DNA of 64,000 nt from an uncultured Pelagibacteraceae bacterium (GTDB taxonomy: Bacteria; Pseudomonadota; Alphaproteobacteria; Pelagibacterales; Pelagibacteraceae). Below, in pieces: positions 45,211 through 54,714 of this stretch (its first letter is position 1; every line of letters begins with the position of its first letter). The translations under genes were made by a program, and so were the position numbers. The DNA is taken from positions 15,992-79,991 of the forward strand of contig CACLLR010000001.1 of assembly GCA_902607805.1 (NCBI GenBank). Direction: 5' to 3'. Below the pieces are notes generated by a model that was given only the letters and a program-made list of their open reading frames with translations, did not search any database and had not been told where the DNA came from.

Positions 45211-46106
45211 TGCATTTTGTTAAAAAAAAAACTAAAGAAAAAAGATTAGATTTTGTAAAAAAATTAAAGAAAAATAAAATTTTAAGAGTGCCTGGTGCTT
45301 ACAACCCTTTAACGGCAAAATTAATTGAAAAAATTGGTTATGATGCCGTATATGTTTCCGGTGGAGTAATGTCTAATGATTTAGGTTATCCTGACATAGG
45401 ATTAACTTCCTTAAAAGATGTAAGTAATAGATCAATGCAAATAGCAAGGGTTACGAATCTTCCAACAATAGTGGATATTGATACTGGATTTAAATCATGC
45501 AAAAAAACTATAAAAACTTTTGAAAAAGTTGGTGTATCAGCAGTTCACATCGAAGATCAAATTGATCAGAAAAGATGTGGTCATTTAGATAATAAAGAAT
45601 TAATTTCAGCTAAAAAAATGGTAAAAAAAATAAAGGAATGTGTAAGAGCTAGAAAAGACAAAAATTTTAAAATTATTGCAAGATCTGATGCTAGAAATGT
45701 CGAAGGATTAGATAAAATGATTGATAGGTGTAAATCTTACATCGATGCAGGTGCTGAAATTATTTTTCCTGAAGCTTTAAAAGATGAAAAAGAATTTGAA
45801 ATTGTTAGGAAAAAATTAAACTCCTACTTATTGGCCAATATGACTGAATTTGGAAAATCCAAACTTTTAAATTTTAAAAAACTTGAAGATATTGGTTTTA
45901 ATGTTGTCATATATCCAGTTACAACACAAAGATTAGCAATGAAAAATGTAGAAGATGGATTGCGTGCTATTTTTGAGGATGGACATCAAAATAATATTAT
46001 AGATAAAATGCAAACTAGAAAAAGATTATATGATTTAGTTGATTATGAAAAATATAATTCTTTAGATGAAAGAATATATAATTTTAATACAGAAGGTCAT
46101 GAATAA
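45210..46106 (+). CDS. prpB: 2-methylisocitrate lyase
   Basis: DIDTGF, HIEDQ..KRCGHL, ANMTEFGK. Confidence 0.93.
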   Translation: MHFVKKKTKEKRLDFVKKLKKNKILRVPGAYNPLTAKLIEKIGYDAVYVSGGVMSNDLGYPDIGLTSLKDVSNRSMQIARVTNLPTIVDIDTGFKSCKKTIKTFEKVGVSAVHIEDQIDQKRCGHLDNKELISAKKMVKKIKECVRARKDKNFKIIARSDARNVEGLDKMIDRCKSYIDAGAEIIFPEALKDEKEFEIVRKKLNSYLLANMTEFGKSKLLNFKKLEDIGFNVVIYPVTTQRLAMKNVEDGLRAIFEDGHQNNIIDKMQTRKRLYDLVDYEKYNSLDERIYNFNTEGHE

Positions 46107-47230
46107 TGAGTGATGAAATAAAAAAAGGTTTATTAGGTATAGTTGTTGATGAAACAACAATATCACAAGTAATGCCTGATATAAATTCATTAACATACAG
46201 AGGTTATGCTGTTCAGGATCTTTGTGAAAAATGTAATTTTGAAGAAGTTGCGTATTTAGTTTTAAATGGTGACCTTCCTAAAAAGAAAGATTTAAAAAAA
46301 TTTAAAAAATTATTGGAAGAAAATAGAAATATAACAATTAATTTAAGAGAAATTGTGAAACATATGCCTAAAAAATCTCATCCAATGGATGTTGCCAGAA
46401 CCATTGTAAGTGTTTTAGGTTTAGAAGACAAAGAAACAACAGACAACTCTCCAAAAGCTAATATGAGAAAAGCAATTAGAATATTTGCAAAAACTCCTAC
46501 TGCTATTGCAGCATTCTTTAGAGCTAGAAAAGGAAAAAATGTAATTCCACCTAAGAAAGGTTTATCTTTTTCTGAAAATTTCTTTTATATGTGTTTTGGA
46601 AAAGTTCCAAATAAAGATATTGTAAAAGCTTTTGACGTTTCTTTAATTCTTTATGCTGAACATAGTTTTAATGTCTCAACATTTACAGCAAGAACTATAA
46701 CAAGTAGCTTATCTGATATTCATGGAGCAATTACAGGTGCAATAGCTAGTTTGAAAGGTCCTTTGCACGGTGGTGCAAATGAAGAAGTGATGCATATGAT
46801 GAGTAAAATTAAAAAACCTGAGAATGCATTAAAATGGATAAATAAAGCACTTGATAAAAAAGAAGTAGTGATGGGTTTTGGTCATAGAGTTTATAAAAAA
46901 GGAGACTCAAGAGTTCCAACTATGGAAAAATACTTTAAAAAAGTTTCTGCAATAAAAAAAGATAAAAAATTTATTAAAATATATGACACAGTTAAAAAGG
47001 TTATGATAGAAAGAAAGAACATTCATCCTAACGTTGATTATCCTACTGGACCTACTTACCATTTAATGGATTTTGATACTGATTTTTTTACACCTATATT
47101 CGTTATATCTAGAATAACTGGATGGGCAGCACATATAATGGAACAACATGCCGCTAACAAACTAATTAGACCACTTTCAAAATATAGCGGACCTGAGCAT
47201 AGAAAAGTAATGTTGTTAAATCAAAGGTAA
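46106..47230 (+). CDS. prpC: 2-methylcitrate synthase
   Basis: YAEHSFNVSTF, GPLHGGANE, MGFGHRVY, LIRP; in prp operon. Confidence 0.9.
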   Translation: MSDEIKKGLLGIVVDETTISQVMPDINSLTYRGYAVQDLCEKCNFEEVAYLVLNGDLPKKKDLKKFKKLLEENRNITINLREIVKHMPKKSHPMDVARTIVSVLGLEDKETTDNSPKANMRKAIRIFAKTPTAIAAFFRARKGKNVIPPKKGLSFSENFFYMCFGKVPNKDIVKAFDVSLILYAEHSFNVSTFTARTITSSLSDIHGAITGAIASLKGPLHGGANEEVMHMMSKIKKPENALKWINKALDKKEVVMGFGHRVYKKGDSRVPTMEKYFKKVSAIKKDKKFIKIYDTVKKVMIERKNIHPNVDYPTGPTYHLMDFDTDFFTPIFVISRITGWAAHIMEQHAANKLIRPLSKYSGPEHRKVMLLNQR

Positions 47231-47875
47231 TTATAACTCAATTTTTGCAAATCTATCCAAAATTAATTCAAACTTACAATTATTTTCTTTTACAAATTCA
47301 TCAATTGCTTGTTTAACCCCTGGAGCATAAGATAAGTCATAATCATCACACAATATAATGCCATTTTCTGAAATAAATTTCTTTGAATAAAATAAATCGT
47401 TTTTTACTGTATTATAGTTATGACCTCCATCTATGAATATATACTCAATATTTTGCAGATTTAATTCTTTTAAAATTTTATTAGTATCACCTTTGATTAT
47501 TTTTATATTTTCTTTAAATTTCATTAACAAATCATTTACTGCTATTTCACTATAGGGATTTTGCCTTTTTATATACTTAAAGTAAAAATTCTTTAATGGA
47601 TTATTGAAAGTAAATGCTGGCTCTACTTCATCTTCATAAGTGGATTTTTGATCAAATAAATCAATTCCAATATATTTAAATTCTTTTCCATGATTTTTAT
47701 ACATCAATTCACATATGTTTCTGGCTGTAACTCCATGAAAAATGCCTATTTCTAAGAAAGATTTTGGATTCTTTTTTTGTATTTCCTCTAAAAAAAGATT
47801 ACCTAATTCTTTTTTTTTTATGCTGCTTTTTCGAAAATATTTTTTATATTTCTGATTTAGCTTTAAATCTTTCAT
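47231..47875 (-). CDS. Class I SAM-dependent methyltransferase (Methyltransf_24-like)
   Basis: LEIGIFHG, IFIDGGHNY, CDDY, PGVKQAIDE; ATG 47875 chosen. Confidence 0.82.
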   Translation of the reverse strand: MKDLKLNQKYKKYFRKSSIKKKELGNLFLEEIQKKNPKSFLEIGIFHGVTARNICELMYKNHGKEFKYIGIDLFDQKSTYEDEVEPAFTFNNPLKNFYFKYIKRQNPYSEIAVNDLLMKFKENIKIIKGDTNKILKELNLQNIEYIFIDGGHNYNTVKNDLFYSKKFISENGIILCDDYDLSYAPGVKQAIDEFVKENNCKFELILDRFAKIEL

Positions 47876-48083
47876 ATGCCAATCTACTATATATACCAAT
47901 ATTTAAAAATGGCTTTGGAGGTAGCCAAATCGGCCTTTTTCTATATTGTATTACTTTGATTTCATCTGATTATTGGTTCGCTGGCATTAAAGCTATTTGT
48001 TCTCCAAACAAAGTCCCTACACCTATACCTGATCCATTATAACAACCAGCAACATAAACATTGTCATTAATTAAACTATTCAT
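47844..48083 (-). pseudogene. 3' remnant of FAD-dependent oxidoreductase (DAO/PuuB-like) with internal stop
   Basis: VYVAGCYNGSGIGVGTLFGEQIAL-MPANQ*-SDEIKVIQYRKRPIWLPPKPFLNIGIYSRLAYERFKAKSEI*; stop at 47970-47972; no N-terminal Rossmann part. Confidence 0.72.
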
Positions 48084-48130
48084 TTTTTTTGTAGATTTAC
48101 AAAAAGTAAATATCTTATATACAAACTTTA

Positions 48131-49240
48131 ATGAAAAGCATTATTTCGTTTTTTAAAAAATTATTCATAATCTTTTTTATAACATTATTGCTAATAGAAA
48201 TAGTTTCATTTTTTTTTATTAAATTTAATTTAATAGGTGCTGGTTTACCAAGTTGGGTAACTCAATATGCTCATAAAGATTATACTGTATGGCACCCTAA
48301 AAACATAACTTTTAAAAAAATTGAATCAAAAGGTTGTTGGGTAAGCAACATTACCTACAATAATTTTGGAATGAGAGGAATTAATGATGTAAGTTTATTA
48401 AAAACAAAAAAACGTATTGCTTTACTAGGTGATTCTATGATCGAAAATATTGAATTATCCGATGGTAAAGATGTTGGCTCTCTGATAGCTAAAAAACTAA
48501 AAGATTATGAAATTTTAAATTTTTCTGCAAGAAGCACGGGTTTAGCTGATCAAAAAAATATATATGAAAAACTTATAAAAAAATTTGATGTTGATTATTT
48601 ATTTTTATTTATACATCCTAATGATTTTTTAAATAATAGTATCAATGGAAGTGGCACATCATATCATAGAAGATTTGATGTAATTAATAATATTGTGGTT
48701 GAAATTCCTAAAGATTTAGTTTGGATGGAAAATTATAATTCTAAATTTAAAAAACTTAAAAGAGAATATTCAATATATTTTAAAAATTATAACTCTTATA
48801 AAATATATTTATTTTTAAGAGATTTTTTAAAAAATAAAGAAGTTGTTAAAAAAAAAACAAACTTCGAAAAAAAAAGTTTTTACATTGATTACTTTGAAAA
48901 AAATAAAATAATTTACAAATACTTAAAAAAAGAATTTTCCAACACTATAGATCCGAAAGTAAAATTTTATGTTATACTAAACTTACAACCATACTTTTTT
49001 TTAGAAAATGAAAAACTTAATGAAGAAGAATTGTTTATTAAATATAATTTAATACCTTTTTTTGAAGAAATATGGTCTGATTATTCTTTTGTAAATCCCA
49101 TTTATGATGCAAAAAAAATAATTGATAATAATAATTATAAAATTCCTTATTTTTCATGGACTTGTGGTGATAAACATTATAATGAAAAAGGAAGTGACTT
49201 TATAAGTGATTTAGTTGTAAAAACTATCATTAAAAAATAA
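48131..49240 (+). CDS. Membrane-anchored SGNH/GDSL hydrolase-fold protein
   Basis: N-terminal TM, NNFGMRG, LLGDSM, PNDF, DKHYN. Confidence 0.75.
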   Translation: MKSIISFFKKLFIIFFITLLLIEIVSFFFIKFNLIGAGLPSWVTQYAHKDYTVWHPKNITFKKIESKGCWVSNITYNNFGMRGINDVSLLKTKKRIALLGDSMIENIELSDGKDVGSLIAKKLKDYEILNFSARSTGLADQKNIYEKLIKKFDVDYLFLFIHPNDFLNNSINGSGTSYHRRFDVINNIVVEIPKDLVWMENYNSKFKKLKREYSIYFKNYNSYKIYLFLRDFLKNKEVVKKKTNFEKKSFYIDYFEKNKIIYKYLKKEFSNTIDPKVKFYVILNLQPYFFLENEKLNEEELFIKYNLIPFFEEIWSDYSFVNPIYDAKKIIDNNNYKIPYFSWTCGDKHYNEKGSDFISDLVVKTIIKK

Positions 49241-49246
49241 TACTTA

Positions 49247-51085
49247 TTAATCTAATTCAAATTTATCTGAGTATTCTTTTTTCAAAGATATATCTTGATC
49301 GGATTTTACTAAATAACAATTACCAATAGCTAGATTATCTAATTCTGTGCCCATAAAACAATTAAAAGCATCCTTTGGTGTATTGACTATGGGTTCGCCT
49401 CTAACATTAAATGAAGTGTTAACAATTACTGAACAATTTGTTTTTTCTTTAAACTTTTTAATTAAATCATAATATTTTTTATTTGTTTGCTCATGTACAG
49501 TTTGAATTCTAGCAGAATAATCTACATGAGTTACTGCTGGAATTTCTGATCTTTTTATATTTAATTTATCAATTCCAAAAAGTTTTTTTTCTTCTTCTGT
49601 CATTTGATTTTGTTTTTCTTTTTTAATATCTGCAACTAATAGCATATATGGGCTATCAGTATTAAGCTCAAACCAACTATCAACATCTTCGCTTAAAACA
49701 GAAGGTGCAAAAGGTCTAAAACTTTCTCTATATTTAACCTTTAAATTTAAATTTTTTTGCATGTTTGAAGACCTTGGATCACCAATAATAGATCTTGCAC
49801 CTAAAGCTCTAGGACCAAACTCCATTCTTCCTTGAAACCATCCAATAGCATGACCATTGGCAAGATCATCTGAGGTTTTGTTTAATAAATCTTCTTCAGA
49901 CAAAACTTCGAATTTTGCTCCTAAATTTTGTAATGAGTTTTGAATTTCTTCATTTGAATACATTGGTCCTAAATAAGAACCTTTCATCTCATCCTTAGTT
50001 TCGTTATTTCTTTCTTTATTTAATTCAATATACCAATAAGCCAAGGCGGAGCCTAGAGATCCTCCAGCATCTCCAGCCGCTGGTTGTATCCAAATATTAT
50101 CAAAAATTTTCTCTTTTAATATTTTGCCATTTGCAACACAATTTAAAGCAACTCCACCTGCTAAACATAAATTTGAAATTTTATATTCATCTTTCAATGA
50201 TTTGCAGATTTTAATCATAATTTCTTCTGTTACTTTTTGAATTGAAGATGCAATATCCATATGAAATTGAGTTATTTTTTCTTTTTTACTGTCTCTAGGA
50301 TTTTGTCCAAACAAACTGTGAAATTTTTCATTTGTCATTGTAAAACCAGTTGTATAGCTAAAAAAATTTTGATCTAATCTGAATGAACCATCATCTTTTA
50401 TATTAATTAAGTTATTTTTAATCAAATCAACATATTTAGGTTCTCCATAGGGTGCCAAACCCATTAATTTATATTCGCCACTATTAACTTTAAAACCTGT
50501 GTAATAAGTGAATGATGAGTAAAGAAGACCAAGAGAATGTGGAAAATGTATCTCTTTTTTTATTTCTAAATTATTTTTATTTCCTATTGCAACTGTAGTT
50601 GTTGCCCACTCTCCCACGCCATCTGCCGTAAGTACAATTGCTTCTTTAAACGGAGATGGAAAAAAAGCGCTGGCAGCATGGCTCAAATGATGCTCGGAAA
50701 AGAAAATTTTTTTTTGATTATTAAAATTTTCATCATGCTGTTTTAATAAATTAAACAACATTTTTTTTTGGAACAATTTTTCTCTTAACCATGTAGGCAT
50801 GGCTTTAGAAAATTGTAAGAAACCTCTTGGCGCCATGGCTACATAAGTTTCCAAAAGTCTTTCAAATTTAAGAAATGGTTTTTCAAAAAATATAATATTG
50901 TCTATTTCTGATAATTTTATATTAGCAAAATTTAAAACAAACTGAATTGCATTAAATGGATATCCTGAGTCGTGCTTTATTCTTGTAAATCTTTCTTCTT
51001 GAGCTGCTGCAATAATTTTACCATTTTCAACTATTGTTGCTGCACTATCATGATAAAAAGCTGAAATTCCTAAAATCTTTGTCAC
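49247..51085 (-). CDS. O-carbamoyltransferase (CmcH/NodU/SxtI family)
   Basis: ILGISAFYHDSAA, EHHLSHAASAF, GEYKLMGLAPYG, GRMEFGPRALG, NTSFNVRGEP; GTG start at 51085. Confidence 0.93.
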   Translation of the reverse strand: MTKILGISAFYHDSAATIVENGKIIAAAQEERFTRIKHDSGYPFNAIQFVLNFANIKLSEIDNIIFFEKPFLKFERLLETYVAMAPRGFLQFSKAMPTWLREKLFQKKMLFNLLKQHDENFNNQKKIFFSEHHLSHAASAFFPSPFKEAIVLTADGVGEWATTTVAIGNKNNLEIKKEIHFPHSLGLLYSSFTYYTGFKVNSGEYKLMGLAPYGEPKYVDLIKNNLINIKDDGSFRLDQNFFSYTTGFTMTNEKFHSLFGQNPRDSKKEKITQFHMDIASSIQKVTEEIMIKICKSLKDEYKISNLCLAGGVALNCVANGKILKEKIFDNIWIQPAAGDAGGSLGSALAYWYIELNKERNNETKDEMKGSYLGPMYSNEEIQNSLQNLGAKFEVLSEEDLLNKTSDDLANGHAIGWFQGRMEFGPRALGARSIIGDPRSSNMQKNLNLKVKYRESFRPFAPSVLSEDVDSWFELNTDSPYMLLVADIKKEKQNQMTEEEKKLFGIDKLNIKRSEIPAVTHVDYSARIQTVHEQTNKKYYDLIKKFKEKTNCSVIVNTSFNVRGEPIVNTPKDAFNCFMGTELDNLAIGNCYLVKSDQDISLKKEYSDKFELD

Positions 51086-51234
51086 TAAAATATAGTATAT
51101 ATGAATGGTGCTACTGCAGTACCTTGGCTCAAAACTATTAGACCTCCAAATATAACAAGGACTATTATAATTGGTAACAACCAATATTTTTTTCTAACTT
51201 TTAAAAATTCCCAAAATTCTCTTATAAATTCCAT
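51085..51234 (-). CDS. DUF5989/SxtK-like small membrane protein (49 aa; missed by ORF track)
   Basis: MEFIREFWEFLKVRKKYWLLPIIIVLVIFGGLIVLSQGTAVAPFIYTIF; RKKYWL and APFIY motifs; stop overlaps carbamoyltransferase GTG. Confidence 0.88.
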   Translation of the reverse strand: MEFIREFWEFLKVRKKYWLLPIIIVLVIFGGLIVLSQGTAVAPFIYTIF

Positions 51235-51235
51235 T

Positions 51236-51625
51236 TTAAAACTGGTTTCTCATACTAGACTTTATATTTTTTTTTTCAATCCAATAACTTTTATCGTTAT
51301 TTTTTTTTAATTTTATTAAATCCTTTCCTAACAATCTCATAATTAATCCTGTAGGAGTAACTACAAAAAAGAAAATAATTCCCATTATAATAGGAGCGAT
51401 AAAGTTTCCTAAAAAAATACCAAATCTAAACCAAAGTTTGTTTAAAGGTGTGAGGATTTTTGAATTATTTATACCTAATATAAGGAAAATTAAAGATATT
51501 ATTATTGACCAAATTTTTATTTCATTTCCATTTAAAATTGGCCATAAGCCAATAATTAAAAATACAACAAAAAAAACTATCCCAAAACTTTTATTAGATC
51601 CAATTTTAATATTTTTAGATTTCAA
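51236..51625 (-). CDS. SxtJ family membrane protein
   Basis: SNKSFG, PLNKLWFRFGIFLG, FFVVTPTG, GKDL, SYW, MRNQF; start uncertain (TTG 51625). Confidence 0.85.
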   Translation of the reverse strand: MKSKNIKIGSNKSFGIVFFVVFLIIGLWPILNGNEIKIWSIIISLIFLILGINNSKILTPLNKLWFRFGIFLGNFIAPIIMGIIFFFVVTPTGLIMRLLGKDLIKLKKNNDKSYWIEKKNIKSSMRNQF

Positions 51626-51627
51626 TT

Positions 51628-52635
51628 TTAGGAGAAAGCTTCTGTCCAAGTTCCTTGGGTTGATGCTTTTGAATATTCTGTAGCACGACCCTCAAAGAAG
51701 TTCATGTGTTCCACAGCATTAAGCATCGTATCTAACCAAGTTAATGGATTTTTATCTATTTTATATATTGGTTCCAATCCAAGTTGAGAAAGTCTTCTAT
51801 TGCCAATATATCTTATGTAGTCTTTAACTTCTTGAGCAGTAAGTCCTTCCATTGGCCCCATTTCAAAAGCTAAATCAATAAATGCATCTTCGTGTTCAAT
51901 TATAGTTCTACAAGCTTCATAAAGTTCTTTTTTAAGTTGTGGAGTCCAAATTTGTGGATTCTCTTTTATAAATTCTTTAAATAATTTAATCATAGAATTG
52001 CAGTGCAAAGTTTCATCTCTTACTGACCACGTAACAATCTGACCCATGCCTTTCATTTTATTATGTCTTGGAAAGTTAAGTAATATTGCAAAGCTAGCAA
52101 ACAACTGTAGTCCTTCGGTGAATGCACTAAAAACAGCGACTGTTTTTGCTATATCTTCTTTTGAATTTACATTAAAACCTTGCATGTAATCATATTTGTC
52201 TTTCATCTCTTTATATTTCATAAAAGCTGAATATTCTGACTCAGGCATTCCTATAGTATCAAGTAAGTGTGAGTATGCAGCTATATGAACTGTCTCCATT
52301 GATGCAAATGCTGTCATCATCATTAAAACTTCTGTGGGTTTAAATACTGTTGTATAATGTCTAAGATAACAATTATTTACTTCTACATCTGCTTGAGTAA
52401 AAAATCTAAAAATTTGAGTTAGCAAATTTTTTTCTGCTTGAGATAAATTTTTTTGCCAATCCCTTACATCGTCTCCTAAAGGAACTTCTTCAGGTAGCCA
52501 ATGTATTCTTTGTTGTGTTAACCATGCATCATAACACCATGGATACCTAAAAGGTTTGTACACAGGATTTTCTACTAACAATCCCATCTTATTTGATTCA
52601 ATAATTTCTGTTTTTACTTTTTTTACTACTGACAT
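51628..52635 (-). CDS. nrdB: Ribonucleotide reductase class Ia beta subunit
   Basis: HWLPEEV, FFTQAD, ETVHIAAYS, RDETLH, NFFEGRATEY. Confidence 0.95.
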   Translation of the reverse strand: MSVVKKVKTEIIESNKMGLLVENPVYKPFRYPWCYDAWLTQQRIHWLPEEVPLGDDVRDWQKNLSQAEKNLLTQIFRFFTQADVEVNNCYLRHYTTVFKPTEVLMMMTAFASMETVHIAAYSHLLDTIGMPESEYSAFMKYKEMKDKYDYMQGFNVNSKEDIAKTVAVFSAFTEGLQLFASFAILLNFPRHNKMKGMGQIVTWSVRDETLHCNSMIKLFKEFIKENPQIWTPQLKKELYEACRTIIEHEDAFIDLAFEMGPMEGLTAQEVKDYIRYIGNRRLSQLGLEPIYKIDKNPLTWLDTMLNAVEHMNFFEGRATEYSKASTQGTWTEAFS

Positions 52636-54563
52636 GATAAACACTCCTCATATTTTGTTTCCTCATCCTCTAACTGTTTTGATTTATATACATTTTTATT
52701 TACATCTGTTGAGCTTGCATCGTTGACGTTTTCAGCCCTTTGAATAGATTTTGATCTACAATAATAAAGACTTTTCAATCCTTTTTTCCATGCTTGAAAG
52801 TGTATTTGATGAAGATCTCTTTTATGTACATCAGCAGGCAAAAATAGGTTAATTGACTGAGCCTGAGAAACGTGTGGAGTTCTATCAGCGCTCAAATCTA
52901 CAAGCCATCTTTGATCCAATTCAAAAGCAGTTTTAAATACATCTTTTTCTTCTTTAGTTAAAAAATCTAAGTGTGAAACAGAGCCTTGATTTGTTGTAAT
53001 ACTAGACCAAATTTCGTCATTATCTTTATTGTTTTTTTCTAGTAGTTTTTTTAAATATTTGTTTCTAACATTGAAAGACCCTGACAATGTCTTGTGAGTG
53101 TAACTATTTGCAGCTATGGGCTCAACCCCTGGCGATGTTCCGCCACATATAATTGAAATCGATGCAGTTGGCGCAATTGCAGTTTTATTAGAAAATCTCT
53201 CTTTGATTCCATATTCTTCTGCATCAGGACAAGGTCCTCTTTCTTCTGCTAAATCTTTTGATGCTTTATCTACATCTTTTTGGATATGTTCAAAAATCTT
53301 TTTATTCCAGACTTTGCTCATTACTGATTCTAGAGGTATCATTTTTTTTTGAAAATAAGAATGTAAACCCATAACTCCCAATCCAACACTTCTCTCTCTT
53401 AAAGCTGAATAAGTTGCATCGCTAAATTGTTCAGGAGCATTTTCTATAAAATCTGTTAAAACATTATCTAAAAATCTCATAACATCACCAATAAAGTTTT
53501 CATCATCTTTCCATTCATCATATTTTTCTACATTTAAAGATGAAAGACAACAAACTGCAGTTCTATCTTTACCATCTTTATCTATTCCTGTAGGTAGGGT
53601 TATTTCACTACATAAGTTCGATGTTTTAACCGTTAAACCAGCAAGCTTATGATGTTGAGGTATCATTCTATTAACTGTATCAATAAAAATAATATAAGGT
53701 TCTCCAGTTTCAACTCTTGCTGTAAGCAATCTAATCCATAAGTTTCTTGCAGAAACAGTTGCTTGTACAATATTATTTTTTGGACTCTTTAATGCCCATT
53801 GCTCATCCATTTCTACAGCTCTCATAAATGCATCGGAAACTAAAACACCGTGATGTAAATTAAGTGATTTTCTATTTGGATCTCCACCTGTTGGTCTTCT
53901 CATTTCTATAAACTCTTCAATCTCTGGATGATCTATTGGAAGATAGCATGCTGCAGAACCTCTTCTTAATGATCCTTGACTAATTGCCATGGTTAATGAA
54001 TCCATAACTTTAATAAATGGAATTATTCCTGAAGTTTTTCCAACTCTTCCTATTTTTTCACCTATAGATCTAAGATTACCCCAATAACTACCTATGCCTC
54101 CGCCCCGAGCAGCTAGCCAAACATTTTCACTCCATAAATCTAGAATACCATTTAAACTATCACTTGCTTCATTAAGAAAACAAGAAATAGGCAAACCTCT
54201 TGTAGTTCCTCCATTTGATAAAACTGGAGTAGCGGGCATAAACCATAAATTGCTAATATAATTATAAAGTCTTTGTGCATGCAAATTGTCATCAGCATAA
54301 AAACTTGAAACTCTTGCAAATAAATCTTGGAAAGATTCATTTTCTCCTAAATACCTGTCGCTTAAGGTTGCTTTACCAAAATCGGTTAAATTTGAATCTC
54401 TGCTTCGATCAATTTTAATTGTTATACCTTTTGAATTCTGAAATAGTTCAGTATCGTTATTCAACGAGAATAAATCAGGTCTTTTATCTTTAATTTCTTG
54501 ATTCACTTCAGGTGAAAATTCAGAGACAGCTTTCTTTATTGCCTGAGACAACAATTTATTCAT
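52626..54563 (-). CDS. nrdA: Ribonucleotide reductase class Ia alpha subunit
   Basis: PISCF, SNLCSEI, APTAS, LKSLYY, C-terminal CLSCQ. Confidence 0.95.
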   Translation of the reverse strand: MNKLLSQAIKKAVSEFSPEVNQEIKDKRPDLFSLNNDTELFQNSKGITIKIDRSRDSNLTDFGKATLSDRYLGENESFQDLFARVSSFYADDNLHAQRLYNYISNLWFMPATPVLSNGGTTRGLPISCFLNEASDSLNGILDLWSENVWLAARGGGIGSYWGNLRSIGEKIGRVGKTSGIIPFIKVMDSLTMAISQGSLRRGSAACYLPIDHPEIEEFIEMRRPTGGDPNRKSLNLHHGVLVSDAFMRAVEMDEQWALKSPKNNIVQATVSARNLWIRLLTARVETGEPYIIFIDTVNRMIPQHHKLAGLTVKTSNLCSEITLPTGIDKDGKDRTAVCCLSSLNVEKYDEWKDDENFIGDVMRFLDNVLTDFIENAPEQFSDATYSALRERSVGLGVMGLHSYFQKKMIPLESVMSKVWNKKIFEHIQKDVDKASKDLAEERGPCPDAEEYGIKERFSNKTAIAPTASISIICGGTSPGVEPIAANSYTHKTLSGSFNVRNKYLKKLLEKNNKDNDEIWSSITTNQGSVSHLDFLTKEEKDVFKTAFELDQRWLVDLSADRTPHVSQAQSINLFLPADVHKRDLHQIHFQAWKKGLKSLYYCRSKSIQRAENVNDASSTDVNKNVYKSKQLEDEETKYEECLSCQ

Positions 54564-54593
54564 TTAACTCCCTTTTTATCGTTTTATGTAAAA

Positions 54594-54640
54594 CAACTAG
54601 ATGTTGTATGTTGATTTCTTTAATATACAATATAAACAAT
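54594..54640. promoter_or_regulatory. Tandem NrdR boxes upstream of nrdAB
   Basis: CAACTAGATGTTGTAT (54594-54609) and weaker ATACAATATAAACAAT (54625-54640), 31-bp spacing; consensus acaCwAtATaTwGtgt. Confidence 0.7.
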
Positions 54641-54714
54641 AAATCAACAGAACATTTATAGAACTTATAAAAAAATTATCAATAAAAAAAGAAAAAAAAT
54701 GTACATATATTCAC

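Noticed and set aside
51086-51184. N-terminal extension of the carbamoyltransferase in the ORF track
   Set aside because: This stretch encodes the DUF5989/SxtK-like gene in another frame; the enzyme's conserved start is GTG at 51085.
49247-51649. Saxitoxin biosynthesis
   Set aside because: Only sxtI/J/K/L-like families are present; no sxtA, sxtG or other core genes in the window, and these families occur outside toxin clusters.
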